A DNA stretch of 64,000 nt from Lama glama (Eukaryota). Made by a program: the position numbers and the translations under genes. Below the pieces are notes generated by a model. That model did no database searches and was not told where the DNA came from. It saw nothing but the letters and a program-made list of their open reading frames with translations. The stretch covers positions 63,240,001 through 63,304,000 of the forward strand of contig CM052822.1 of NCBI GenBank assembly GCA_028534125.1. Reading direction: 5' to 3'. Positions 40,135 to 51,948 of the stretch are shown piece by piece (within the stretch, counting starts at the first letter, position 1; each line of letters begins with the position of its first letter).

Positions 40135-40305
40135 GTTCTTTCTAGATATGGACACTGAAATTTTAATTTTGTATAATTGCCACATGTCACAAGATAGTGG
40201 TCTTTTGATTTAAAAAAAAACATTAAAAAGTGTTAACACTATTCATAGCTTACAACACATACAAAAGAGCAGATTTGACCAACAGGCTGTAGTTTGCCCA
40301 ACTCA
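40135..40305. mobile_element. MER58-like hAT-Charlie fragment
   Basis: tggacactgaaattttaattt..catgtcacaa..gatttgaccaacaggctgtagtttgccca. Confidence 0.65.
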
Positions 40306-40799
40306 TTATAGAGGACAAAGCCCTAATTATGAGGTTATAAACAATAAGTACAAAAGGAGGGTTTTTATTCACTTGCTTTCCAAGAGGGAAGATGACTGTA
40401 GGCTGACATAGTCAACAAATTCTTCACAGAGAAAGTGAGGGAGACTTTCCAGTAATAGACCACCTCTGAGTAAGTGACGTAGAAGGGAAGACTTGTCAGT
40501 AAGCACTCCTTGGTTCATTTGTTTTGTGAGTCAGGATTTTTTTATGTTGGACTTTTTTTTTTCTTTCAGAGAGGAACACACTTGTATTCATTATTCTGAT
40601 TTGTGTTAAATTCAGAGAGGCATGGTGAGAGCATGGCAAAGTAATCTGCAATTTGATCAAAATGCCAAATGGCTTGATCGCTCACCTAAGTCATTCAGTG
40701 CAAGAGTAGTAGTAAAGGAAAGCCATTAACATCGTTGTCTAGACTCCTAAAACTGAAGGGGGCTTGTTTTTATGTCCAGTTCAGTTTTTATATACTTTC

Positions 40800-41700
40800 C
40801 AAATACCAGGTACTGTGCTGGACACTGGGGGCACAGAAATTAATGAGAAATCAATTCTGTCCTCAGAGAACCCATCATCCAGTTTGGGATGCCAACTTGT
40901 AAAGAAGTGGGGTAGGACCAATGAGAGCAGAGGTACGTCTCAGGCAGCGGCTCGCACCCTTGAGTGCACATCAGAATCACCTGTGGAACTTTTTAAAGTT
41001 CTGATGCTTGGGTCCCAACCCCAGAGATTTTGATTTACTAGGTCTTAGATGTGGCTTGGGAACCTAGTTATTTTGTTTTGTTTTTAAAGCGCTGCAGGTT
41101 TAGTCAGAGTTGAAAACCTTGGGTAAAGGGTGATAAAGCACGAAAGAGAGGACTCAGCTGACCCAGGGGAAGAGCTGAGGTGATGTTTGAGCGCTAGAGG
41201 CAAACAAGATGAGAAAAGGCTCTCTAGGCAGAGATAATACACACAAACAGGAAACTGTTTATCCCACTCAGAAAACGCTAGATGACTCATTATGGATAGG
41301 GTTTTCAGCCAACACAGGCAGGGGTTGGGCTGGGAGTAGTAAACGGAGACAAAAGAGGGAAATAATAGCAGGAGATGAAGATGATAAGGTAGATGTTCAT
41401 GCCTTGCTAGGTTTGGAGTTGGCTTAGAATGAAGAATCAGTGAAGACTTCTAAGAAGGAGAAAACATGATTACATTTGTACAGTCTTAGGAAAATAATTC
41501 TTCCAACTAATGTGGTGAGTTGGACTGATGGTTTTAAAGCTCCAGGCAAGACACCCAGTTACAAGGTTACTGCTAAGTCCAAGTGAGACGTGATGAGGGT
41601 CTAAATATAGGTTAAGGGCAATGAACCTGGACAGGAAACAACAGATTAATGAGATACTAAGCAGATGGAATTAGCGGGATGTGGTGTCTGTGGGTGATGA
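40800..41700 (-). mobile_element. L2 remnant with a nested MER5-type MITE (about 40944-41122)
   Basis: ccaggtactgtgctggacactgggg; MITE ttgagtgcacatcagaatcacctgtgga..gggtcccaaccccagagattttgattt. Confidence 0.7.
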
Positions 41701-41704
41701 GGAT

Positions 41705-41797
41705 GACTTCTTAAAGGCCCTACTTCTTACCACTGTCACACTGGTGGTAGCATTCTAACATGTGAATTTTGGAGGGGCACAACACTGAGACCATAGT
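41705..41797. mobile_element. MLT1 (ERVL-MaLR) LTR terminal fragment
   Basis: ttaaaggccctacttctta..aacatgtgaattttggaggggcacaaca..agaccatagta. Confidence 0.7.
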
Positions 41798-42199
41798 AGA
41801 GGTGAAGACCCAAGAGGAGCTAGCATTTTAACGCCTCCATGGCCAGGAACTTTATCTGTGCAGAAGTTATGCATGGATTTTTCCTCTTTCGAATGAAATG
41901 GCAAAAACTCTGTGCTTGGAAATGAGCCACCGTACTTGGAGTAGAGAAAGTGGCCCCTAACAAAAATCAGAATCTTACACGTGTGACATATGCAACTGAG
42001 TACCTCAATTTGTACCAACCATGTATGGAGAGAATGTTTTAAGCCAAAAAAAAAAGGAAGTAAAAAAAGTCTTCAAAACTTATTTGGAACTAGAGAAACC
42101 TATAAGATCCAGGAGAGGCAAATACAACCCATCTAATAGTGACATCTCTGAAACTCAGGGCAGATGTGGCTTCCTGCAAAGGACCAGCCCCATTGAGGT

Positions 42200-42550
42200 T
42201 GAGCTTGTAGACCAGAAGAGCAAACCACATGAGAAAACTCACCGTCATGAGAAAAGAAGGAAAATGTAATAGGACATTTGACATCCAAAGTAGTACCAAA
42301 AAAATAGAGAGCCACATGAAAAGAACTTTAAAATTGCTGATTTTAAAATATTCAAAGAAATAAAGGAAGGAATAGAATCCATAATACAAGTTCAGGGCAT
42401 TTTGGAAGAGGAAGCCAGTGGGTTTCTGAAAAAGCTAAATAGAAAATCTAGAAGTGAAAATTATAGTCATTGAAAAATTTGTAAGAAAGAGGAGGTGGAT
42501 TAAATCATAGAGTGGATCCTGGAGAGAGACTTCATGAATCGAAGAAGTGA
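42200..42550 (+). mobile_element. Old L1M ORF1-region remnant
   Basis: actttaaaattgctgattttaaaatattcaaagaaataaaggaa..aaatagaaaatctagaagtgaaaa..tggattaaat. Confidence 0.6.
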
Positions 42551-43787
42551 ATGAGAGGTGAGAAATTGAAGTCAATGTGTGAAGGTCACACTCAATTTAT
42601 GAGTGTCTGTGAAGGAGAGTGAGGAGCTTTCCTAGAGAGAAATCCTAAATCAAGGAAGAGATTTACTCATTCATTCACTTAAAAAAATGGCACATGGAGC
42701 TGGGGACTATATTGGGAGAGAACAGATACACAGGAAAGGGAGGGGGTAACTGCAGAGAGAGAGGGTCTTCTAGATCCTAGGTAGAGGGATTACTGAAAGT
42801 GAATGAGGGGGAAACAGATTTGAACATACTTCTGTGGAAGGTTTGAAAGTATGGAACTGGGTCCCCTCCTTTCTTTGGCAGATGGGAAGAATATGGGGGA
42901 TAAGCAATGAGGAGATAAAGAAAAGGTAAAGGTTTAAAAAAATAGCCGTAGGGGGAATGGGAGAGGAAGTTGATCAGAGACAGGTAAAAAGAGCGCCAGA
43001 GAATGCTGAGGGCTCTCTGGTGTGGAGTAGCGTAGGGTGAAATGGTACCATTCTAAAAGACTGTATTTAGCATCCCACATTTAAATGTGTAAAAATTATA
43101 TTGTGGGATTAATCCATAAATATTGCAGAAAAGATGCAGGAAAATAATAAGGAAAAAACAGGAAGAGAAGGTACCAGTGAGAGGAATTTGAGAGATCCCA
43201 AGGAAAAAGGTTCTGTCTAATTTTTGTATCACCGACCATAGTTACTGTTAGAAAACTTTTGCTTGTAGTGAGTTGGAGGAATTCTAGAAATCAGCTATGG
43301 TTCTTTTATTTATTCTAGCTTATTTTCAGAGAACTAGGGCACTATTGCCCCCTCCAACATGAAGTCATGTTACCCCAAGTCATGTTGTCCTGAGTCAAGG
43401 TTAAAGCTTCAATAGCTTTTTGTCTACAAACATTAATTGTCTCTTGGGTAAAGGGGATTTTGTCCCACATCCAAGCTTATACACCATACATTTATTATGT
43501 ATTTAGAGGTGTATCACGGTCTCCAGTATAACCCTTCCACCAGTGTAAGTTCCTGCCTCTGATCGAGGGAGAAACTCCCTATGGTCTTGGTCAACTTCAG
43601 AGGGCTGGCCAGCTTATTAGCAATCCCTTCATAAATAAATGTCATTCTGTCACCTAGAATTGCTGATGAGGATTTTTAGACTGTTGAAATTAGTTATAGT
43701 GACAGAATTGTTGAACAGAAAGGGAAGCTTTTTAATTAGGTTGAAATCGAACATTTATGATGAATTTACAGGTACATTCTGGTAAGA

Positions 43788-44025
43788 GAAGTGTTAATAG
43801 CTCACCCATGGGACCTATTAAAGGACTTGAAGCCTGTCATTCTGGGTCACTAGTCAAAGCCCACTGGAGAGAGCAATAATCAAAGACTTTTTCTGCCTGA
43901 CACTAGGGCAGAAGGCTTCTCTATGATGGTAGATGTGCTGTGACTTAGAGGGGGGTCCATGGTTCAAAAAAACACCTTCAAGTAGAGCTAATTGGTCATT
44001 TAAACCAAGAAGTCAGAGAACAGAG
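43788..44025 (+). mobile_element. Probable LF-SINE (ancient vertebrate tRNA-derived SINE) 5' relic
   Basis: Colinear blocks atagctca, agcctgtcattctgggtcactagt, gtccatggttcaaaaaaacacc, gagctaattggtca and agtcagagaacagag resemble the LF-SINE consensus as recalled. Confidence 0.55.
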
Positions 44026-44397
44026 TTTTGTAACACTTCCATCACCTTTCGAGTATCGTTTATTTTGTTATTTAATTGCAGTCTCTGATATGGTTAACTC
44101 ACTTTTTATTTGTTCAACATCTTTCTTGAAAGAGTCCCCCACTCCCAAACCTACCATAAACTTTTATTTATCCTAAGGGATTAACTATGAAAAGGGAATT
44201 AGTTAGTACTATTAGTTTTTTAATTACTCAACAATGAAGAACCTAAGAATGGAATCTGGAAATGATGTTTCCCACAAAAGTGAGCTATTAATGGATGCCA
44301 TGCCTCCAGTTACTAGATAATGGGTTATGTTAATAAGAGAGATGGATGTGGTATCTTTTTTCCCATGGCAGAAGTAGATTAAAAAAATACTAACGGC

Positions 44398-44500
44398 AAG
44401 GAGGGGTATAGCTCAGGTGGTAGCATGCGTACTTAGCATGTATGAGGTTCTGGGTTCAAACCCCAGTACCTTGAATGAATGAATGGATGGATGAAAAAAA
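44398..44500 (+). mobile_element. Camelid tRNA-derived SINE, short form with (TGAA/TGGA)n tail, about 57 nt upstream of an EXOC4 acceptor
   Basis: ggggtatagctcaggtggtag...ctgggttcaaaccccagtacc. Confidence 0.88.
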
Positions 44501-44557
44501 TGCCAGCTGGAAACCAAGCAGTGTCCTGAAGTGTCTCTTTTCTGTTGGTCCTTTTAG

Positions 44558-44713
44558 GGGCATTGTCCAGTCCGAAGAAAAACTTGTCATCAGTGCATCT
44601 TGGGCAAAAGATGATGATATTAGCAGGCTTCTGAAATCTCTACCAAACTGGATGAATATGGCTCAACCCAAACAGCTGAGGCCAAAGAGAGAAGAGGAAG
44701 AAGATTTCATAAG
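44558..44713 (+). CDS. EXOC4: EXOC4 (Sec8) next internal coding exon, 156 nt, phase 2 to 2 (probably human exon 13 orthologue)
   Basis: Acceptor ggtccttttag (AG 44556-44557), donor AG|gtaaag. Encodes (R)[51 protein letters not shown](R). The split codon AG|G joins in frame with the 27602-27738 exon. Confidence 0.97.
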
Positions 44714-45754
44714 GTAAAGGGTCAATTTTCTAAGTTGTACTAAACATGGGAAGGAAAAACATCTGTTTAGCTCATTACTTCTTACATGAAATTTTGATCA
44801 ATTCTAAATATCAAACAGCAATGACCTGAACTTAGTCAAGTCTGTTTTTATTGTACCACACCTCATGTCCCATGCAAGTGTGGCTTGTACTCAAAACTCT
44901 AGAAGGAAGGGATTGATATGAATCAAATTTGGGATATTGCTAAATCAAGTTAAAATATCTTTTAATTTCTACATCATTCTCCCCTCTTAAGGGAAACATA
45001 ATTTACTCATTAATTCATTTATTTATTCACCATTTGTATGGACCTTGTTATGTGCCATACCTGGGAAACATGAGAATTAATAATACTAAGTTCCTGCCCG
45101 TAAGTATGTTACAGTGTTCTTAGCCTGTTCTTTAGTTCATAGAATTGTTGGTGGAACTTTCTAGAAATACAAGCGTACTCCCCATGTTTGTTCATATACA
45201 GTGTAATATCTCCAGTTGTTTTCTGCTTATTTTGACAAAAGTAAGGTCTCTCTTTCAACTTCATCACTCAGCATTTACCTTTGTACAGTTTAAATTATTT
45301 ACTGGGCCATGAAGATGTGACTCAATTTGATGAAGCTACTCATTTTCACGTGGCTGGCTTGCCACAGTGAAATATTTTTACCTCTGTCATTTTAAAGCTG
45401 TGTATAATGAGGGGAAAATTGAAAATAATATTTTGTCCCATCAAAATTAGGTTTATTTTTACTGGGTTTTGCCTACCCAAATGAATGAATAAATAGTGGG
45501 GGGAAAAAAGAGTAAAAGTACTTTAAAGAAGCAAAGACCAGAAAAAAGAATTAAAGAGGTAGTGGCCAATATTTTACTTTAATTCATCATAGAACTCTGG
45601 GCTCATCTCTTTCTCCAAATGTGGGTTGCAACTTAGATAAACAGATCTTTACCCTTCACAAAGTTAACCATATTCATACACTATAGTGCCACATTTTTAC
45701 CAACATTTTACTATGAAAAATTGCTATAGTGCCATTTAAAACTTTCTCAAATCA

Positions 45755-46254
45755 NNNNNNNNNNNNNNNNNNNNNNNNNNNNNNNNNNNNNNNNNNNNNN
45801 NNNNNNNNNNNNNNNNNNNNNNNNNNNNNNNNNNNNNNNNNNNNNNNNNNNNNNNNNNNNNNNNNNNNNNNNNNNNNNNNNNNNNNNNNNNNNNNNNNNN
45901 NNNNNNNNNNNNNNNNNNNNNNNNNNNNNNNNNNNNNNNNNNNNNNNNNNNNNNNNNNNNNNNNNNNNNNNNNNNNNNNNNNNNNNNNNNNNNNNNNNNN
46001 NNNNNNNNNNNNNNNNNNNNNNNNNNNNNNNNNNNNNNNNNNNNNNNNNNNNNNNNNNNNNNNNNNNNNNNNNNNNNNNNNNNNNNNNNNNNNNNNNNNN
46101 NNNNNNNNNNNNNNNNNNNNNNNNNNNNNNNNNNNNNNNNNNNNNNNNNNNNNNNNNNNNNNNNNNNNNNNNNNNNNNNNNNNNNNNNNNNNNNNNNNNN
46201 NNNNNNNNNNNNNNNNNNNNNNNNNNNNNNNNNNNNNNNNNNNNNNNNNNNNNN
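45755..46254. other. Assembly gap (500 N)
   Basis: N run. The round size suggests a placeholder length. Confidence 1.
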
Positions 46255-48880
46255 TTGAGCATCTTTTCATATGCTTATCTGATATCTATATGTGTTTTTT
46301 GGTGAGATATCTGTCCAGATCTTTTAACCATTTTTAAATTGGGTTGTGTGTCATCTTATTGTTGACTTTTTAAAGTTCTTTGTATATTTTGATATCAGTC
46401 CTTTAACTGATTGTGTTTTGCAAAACATTTCTCCCAGTCTATGCCTTGTCTTTTTGTTCTCTTCATAGTGTCTTTTTGTAGAGCAGGTTTTCATTTTAAT
46501 GAAGTCAGACTTAATGATTTTTTAAAAATGCTTTGCTGCCTTTGGTTTTGAGTGTTTTGTATGATTCCACTTCTTCTCTTTTCTTAGTGTACAAATTATG
46601 CTTCTTTTTTTTTTTTACTTTAACTGATTGCCCTAGAGTTTGTAATATACACTTACAACTGATCCAAGTCTACTTTTAAATGACGCTATACAACTAAACA
46701 GGTATTGCAAGCACCTTATAACAAAGTAGTCCCAATTCCTCCCTCCCATCACTTACAACATTGCTGCCATTCTTTTCATTCATCCACAGCTATAATCACT
46801 GTATATAATGTTGCCATTATTATTTTGAACAAACCACTACTTGTTAGATCAATTAAGAATAAGAAGTAAAAGATTTTATCTTCACTTACTCCTTCTTTAA
46901 TTCTCTTCCTTTCTTAATATCGGTCCAAGTTTCTGACCTATATTGCTTTCTTTCTCCCTAAAGAACTTTTTTTGTTAACATTGCTTATAAGGCAGGTCTA
47001 CTGAAGACAGTTTCTTTTCATTTTTGTTGGAGAAAGTGTTTACTTTTCCCTCACTTTTGAAGAATACTTTCACAGAGTTCAAAACTTTAGGTTGGTGATT
47101 CTTTTTAATTCTTTAAGTATTTAACTTCCCTATTCTTACTTCCATAGTTTTTGAAGAAAAGTCCAATGTAATTTTTATCCTTGTTTTTTATAAGTGAGAT
47201 ACTTTTTTCCTCTGGGATGTTGCAAAATTCCTTTCTTTGTTTTTGACTTTGTGCCATTTGAAAATTATATGCTGAGGTATAGGGGTTTTTTTGGTTTTTG
47301 ATGGTATTTTTGTTTGTATTTTCTTGGCATTTTTCACGCTTGATATGCTCCGAGCGTCCTGGATCTGTGATTTGATGTTAGTCATTGGTTTGGAGAAATT
47401 CTCAGTTATTGTTACTTCAAATATTTCTTGTTTCTTTTTCTCTTCTCCTTCTGATATGCCCTCTACACGTACATTACACATTTTTAATTGTTCCTCAGTT
47501 CTTGGATATTCTGTTCTATCTTTTCATTATTTTCTTTTCCCCTCAGGTTTTAATTTTGGAAATTTTTATTGACATTTTTTTAAGGTGACTGATTCTTTCC
47601 TCGGTTATGCCCAGTCTGTTAAATAAGCCCATTGAAGGCATTCTTCATGTTTGTTTTAGCATGTTTAATGTTGAGTATCTCTTTGTGACTCTTAGAGTTT
47701 CCATCTTTCTGCTTACATTACCTATAGTTTACATGTGCACTTATTAAAGGCACAGCTTGGCAAATTTTCATACTTTTCATCGTGTAACCAGTATCCAGAT
47801 CAAGACACAGAATAATGGCAACAAGAAACAGATTAAAGCAATAAAGAGCTTTCTCATGCTTCCTTCTGGTCACTGTTTGCCTCTCCAGAAGCTATCTGTA
47901 TCTGACCTTTAAATACATAGATTAGTTTAATCTGTCTGGGGGCTCTTTATAGATGGAATCATGTAGTTATGTATTCTTTATGACTGGCTTCATTTGTCCC
48001 ACATTTTGTTGACAAGTCATCCACGTTGTTGTGTACAGGTCCTTGTTACTCTGTAGTCTATATTGTATGACATTATGTGAATACACCAGATTTTTAAAAA
48101 ATATATTATTTGAGAGTACATGTGTATATATGTATATTCATTTATTCTACTCCTGACGGGTATCTGGGTAGTTTCTATCTTGGCACTGCTTCGAATAGTG
48201 CTGCTGTGTATATTCCACTGCATGTGTCTTGGTAACCACACGTGTGTGTTTCTATTCCTTACATTCTAGGCGTCGATTGCTAGGTCACAGGATACGCATA
48301 TATTCAGTTACAGTGCACACTGCCAGGTGGTTCCCCAAAGTGGTGCTAAGAGTCTGTACCCTGACAGCAGTGTGTGAAAGCTCCAGATGCTCCGTGTCTC
48401 ACCTGTACTTGATACTTTCCATCTGAACTATTGCCTTCCAGTAGGTTTGTAGAGATATCTCATTGAATTTTAATACTCATTTCTCTCATGACTAATGAAG
48501 TTGAACACGTTTTAATGTACTTTTATGTATTTTGAGGGTATTAGAATATCTGCTCTCACAATATATTCAAATCGACTGTCCATTTTTAATTAGGCTCGCT
48601 CTCTTTTCCCTACTGATTTATGGGAATTCTTTATATATCTGGATAGAACTCCTTTGTGATGGATAGATAGTAAAGAGATAGACAGATAATGTCATCTTCT
48701 CCCACTTTACAAATTGCCTCTTTACTGTCTTTAATGATGTCTTTTGATAAACAGACTTTTAAAGAATCTTAGTAAGTCAGATATATATATATATATATTT
48801 TAATAGATAAGACATTTGGTGTCCTATTTAGAAATCTTTGCTTATGGCAAAATCCCAGAGATATTTTTCTCTACAACTTT
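46255..48880 (-). mobile_element. Cluster of old L1 fragments including an ORF1 remnant
   Basis: The minus ORF 47188-47481 (GISEGEEK..EIFE..ENFSK..QIQDA..QHIIFK) resembles L1 ORF1p. ttgagcatcttttcatatgctta and tctctcatgactaatgaagttgaaca are reversed ORF2-end motifs. Confidence 0.85.
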
Positions 48881-48932
48881 TATTGTGGTGAATATGTTTC
48901 CCCCCAGCATCTGAAATAAGTCATACACTCTT

Positions 48933-49108
48933 GTGGGGAGGGTATAGCTCAAATGGTCAAGTATGTGCTAGCATGCACAGGGTCCTGGGGTCAATCCCCA
49001 ATACTGCCTCTGAAAATAAAACAAACAAACACACACAACTAATTACCTCCCTCCCCCTTAAGAAAAATAATTAAAATGAAATAAAAAAATAAAACAAAAC
49101 AAAAAAAA
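48933..49108 (+). mobile_element. Camelid tRNA-derived SINE, long form
   Basis: ggggagggtatagctcaaatggt..ctaattacctccctcccc, then A tail. TSD atacactctt 48923-48932 / atacattctt 49113-49122. Confidence 0.9.
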
Positions 49109-49799
49109 TTATATACATTCTTAAAATTTTATCTCCTATCCTGGCTCTCTCTACACTTGTCCTTAATTTAGACCATGTTGTCACAGCAAGAGTAGCAGAG
49201 AGTAGCCTCATGATTTTTTCTATCAAGAGAGGTAAAGAGTGATTGAGACATTGATTAATTGGAACGCCAAGTAGGAATAATCAAGCTGACCATAGGAGAG
49301 AAGTCAGGCCATGTTGCCATCATACTTTTCTGCTGCAAGATTTTTAAGAGGTCTGGGTAAGCATATTCCCACTCTTTCCCTGTAAGAGTACTTATGTAAT
49401 ATATCTATAACCTGAGTGGTTGTATTAGATGCAACTTCTAGAGGAAAAGTTTTTCTCCCCAACTTTTCAGGTTACTTTAATTGAACGTAAGTCTCCTTCC
49501 TGCTGTTCCTCGGCTTACTATTATCTAACTCCTTGTTGTCTTTTATGCTTGCAAAGACATTTTAAATCAGTTTTATTAATCTTTAATAGCTTAGAGTTAA
49601 AGGGAAGAGTTTCTAGCCCTATTTCAGAAAAGAGAATGCTAATCGGGAGGTGAACCGCTGTACCACCTCATGCTTCTGATTTAGAAGAGCTGGAATAAAG
49701 GTCTTGGCTTTCTTTACTTCTGTTTTGTTCACTGAATTGTGTCACCTTTCATCTTAAGTTTGAACACAAAACAGATTTTATATATATATATATTATATA

Positions 49800-50090
49800 T
49801 GTTTTAAAGTTTTGGTGAATTATTAGATACTTGAAGTAAAGTATAATCTTAATGATATAACTCAGTGAAATGTTATGTGTGATTTTACTCATGGAACCAC
49901 CTCCCAGATCAAAATAGAGAACTTTTTTTTAGCATTCCAGAAGTCCTGCCCTCAAGGTAAGCGCTATTCTGACTTTTACCACCATAGTTTAGTTTTGGCT
50001 GTCCTTGAATCTTACATAAATTCAATTACAATATTTGGTTTATTTTGCTGAACATTATGCCTGACATATTTCTCCGTGATTTTGCATGCA
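49800..50090 (-). mobile_element. Old L1M 3'UTR fragment
   Basis: accacctcccagatcaaaatagagaac..ctattctgacttttaccaccatagttt. Confidence 0.7.
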
Positions 50091-51059
50091 GACAGACAGG
50101 GTTTGAAAACAAATTATATTTGCTTTAACAGGGAGAGAATTTTTTAGATCTGTTTTGTTTTGTATGTGATTGGTTCTTTTTTCTTAATCTGTCACATTCT
50201 CTGTGCTGATTAGAAGCTGAAAGCAAAGGTGAGAAGAGGGGAACACTCTTCATTGGTATTCCAGCGTGGTGTAGTTGACACAGCCTTGATTCAGCACGTT
50301 AGAGTACCACAGAGCACGGAATGAGCCAGGGAGACTGAAAAATCACACTCTCCTCCTGTAATTAGTTTTTAAAGCTTAGAGCTGTTTGGCACCCAGATGA
50401 GTATAGAATCCAGTGCCCTTTGCATTGAATAAAGGTTATGTTCCCTTCATTACTGGGTGAGGCCCTTTTCTATTGTTGTTTTTTAAGTAAACAACAAAAT
50501 GTATTATTTCCAGGCTTAACTTTGAATAAAGGGAAAAAAATAGGTCGGGCCAGGGCTTTAATAGAAAAACGAAAAATAGCCAGTATCCTTTTGTTCCCAA
50601 AGAAGCTGAAAGCAAGCTTTCTAGCCCATTGTCTTTGCACCTGTCATATATCTGTGTATATTTATCCTTTTGAGATCAATGAATATCCACTGATAAAAGC
50701 AATCCTGCTTTCTGGAGATGTAATTAACAGAAGAGGTAAGGTGTTGGGAGAAGTAAAGGGGGCGGGGAGGCCATGTGCATTAGAGACTGTCCCCTGAAAT
50801 CTATTACCCCCATTTCACTCAGGACCCCAGAATTTCAAAGAATAAGAATCATTTCCCTAGAGCCAGGTTTGAAAATGCTTAAGTGGACAGATGTGATTGG
50901 CAGGACAGGGACAAGAGTATTCAGGTGATAAAAAGTCAAAGAATATATAAAACCTACAAATTAGTGTTGAAAGCATGTAGAAAGATGAAGGATAAAGAAT
51001 CAAGTTTCTGGAAAGATTGTGTAATCCATTACAACAATCAGAGTTGACAGTACCTAGCA

Positions 51060-51225
51060 CTGGACAGCAATGTTTGTTTTCAGGCACTATTACTCCCATT
51101 CAACAGATAAGGAAACTGAGGTGCAGAGAAATTAAGGAACTTAACGTCCTCAAATTGACAGAGCTGCTGAGTGACAGAGCTAGAATTTGAGCCCAAGTAG
51201 TCTGGCTCTCAGAGCTACCATACTG
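51060..51225 (-). mobile_element. MIR remnant
   Basis: cccattcaacagataaggaaactgaggtgcagagaaattaag..gagctagaatttgagcccaagtagtctggctc. Confidence 0.85.
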
Positions 51226-51801
51226 TGATCAATTTGCCTAAAAATGAATCAGAAATTGGTACTTTTGGACACTTGAGTTATACCTTTGTTTTCACTGATC
51301 ATCATAGTTTTGACTGATATTGTAATAATTTTATGCTATTGTCACAGACATTTATCATAGGGTGCTTTTACCCTAGATTTAGTTTGTTACTTTTAGAATT
51401 AATTGTATTATATTTCATGTATTATATTGTTGCCTGGTCACTCCCTTTCAGTAACAGGTTGGTAACAGAATACCCAGCTATTTGAGGGAAATGATATATT
51501 AAAACCAGGAAAGTATGTGCTTTAAAACTGACTGTCTTTGCTCGGAGTCTTACGTTTGCCAAATCAAAGAAAAGGAAAAAGAAAAACAATCATTGTTGAA
51601 AATAACAAAGAAGGATACAAAGCAGATGAAAATACAAAAATGGTAGGAAACAAATTATATAGGTTTCAGATAGCAGGTATACAGACCTGAATAATGAAGA
51701 GAAACTCCAGGACATTTTTAGCTATTTTTAGTTACTGTGTTGTTTAGAAGATAACTTTTGATTTTCTCTGGAGAATCAAACTGTTTATTAAGACTGATTT
51801 T

Positions 51802-51948
51802 GTGGGAGGGTATAGCTCAAGTGGTAGAGCACGTGCTTAGCACACACAAGGTTGTGAGTTTAATCCCCAGTAGCTCCCTAAAAATAAGGAAATAAACCTA
51901 ATTACTTCCCTCCCCCTGCCAAAGAAAAACAAAAGTAAAAAACAAAAA
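51802..51948 (+). mobile_element. Camelid tRNA-derived SINE, long form
   Basis: gggagggtatagctcaagtggtagagc... Perfect 12-bp TSD aagactgatttt 51790-51801 / 51949-51960 at a TT|AAGA L1-endonuclease-type site. Confidence 0.93.

Larger units (their letters stand above)
27739..44557 (+). other. EXOC4: EXOC4 GT-AG intron of about 16.8 kb between the two exons
   Basis: GT at 27739, AG at 44556-44557. The protein is contiguous across it. Confidence 0.93.

Noticed and set aside
44475-44557. N-terminal part of the 80-aa ORF (MNEWMDEK...)
   Set aside because: It derives from the SINE's TGAA/TGGA tail and the polypyrimidine tract. Only 44558-44713 is exon.
45729-46337. Long ORFs across the N runs (also 59453-59975)
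   Set aside because: Artefacts of translating N.
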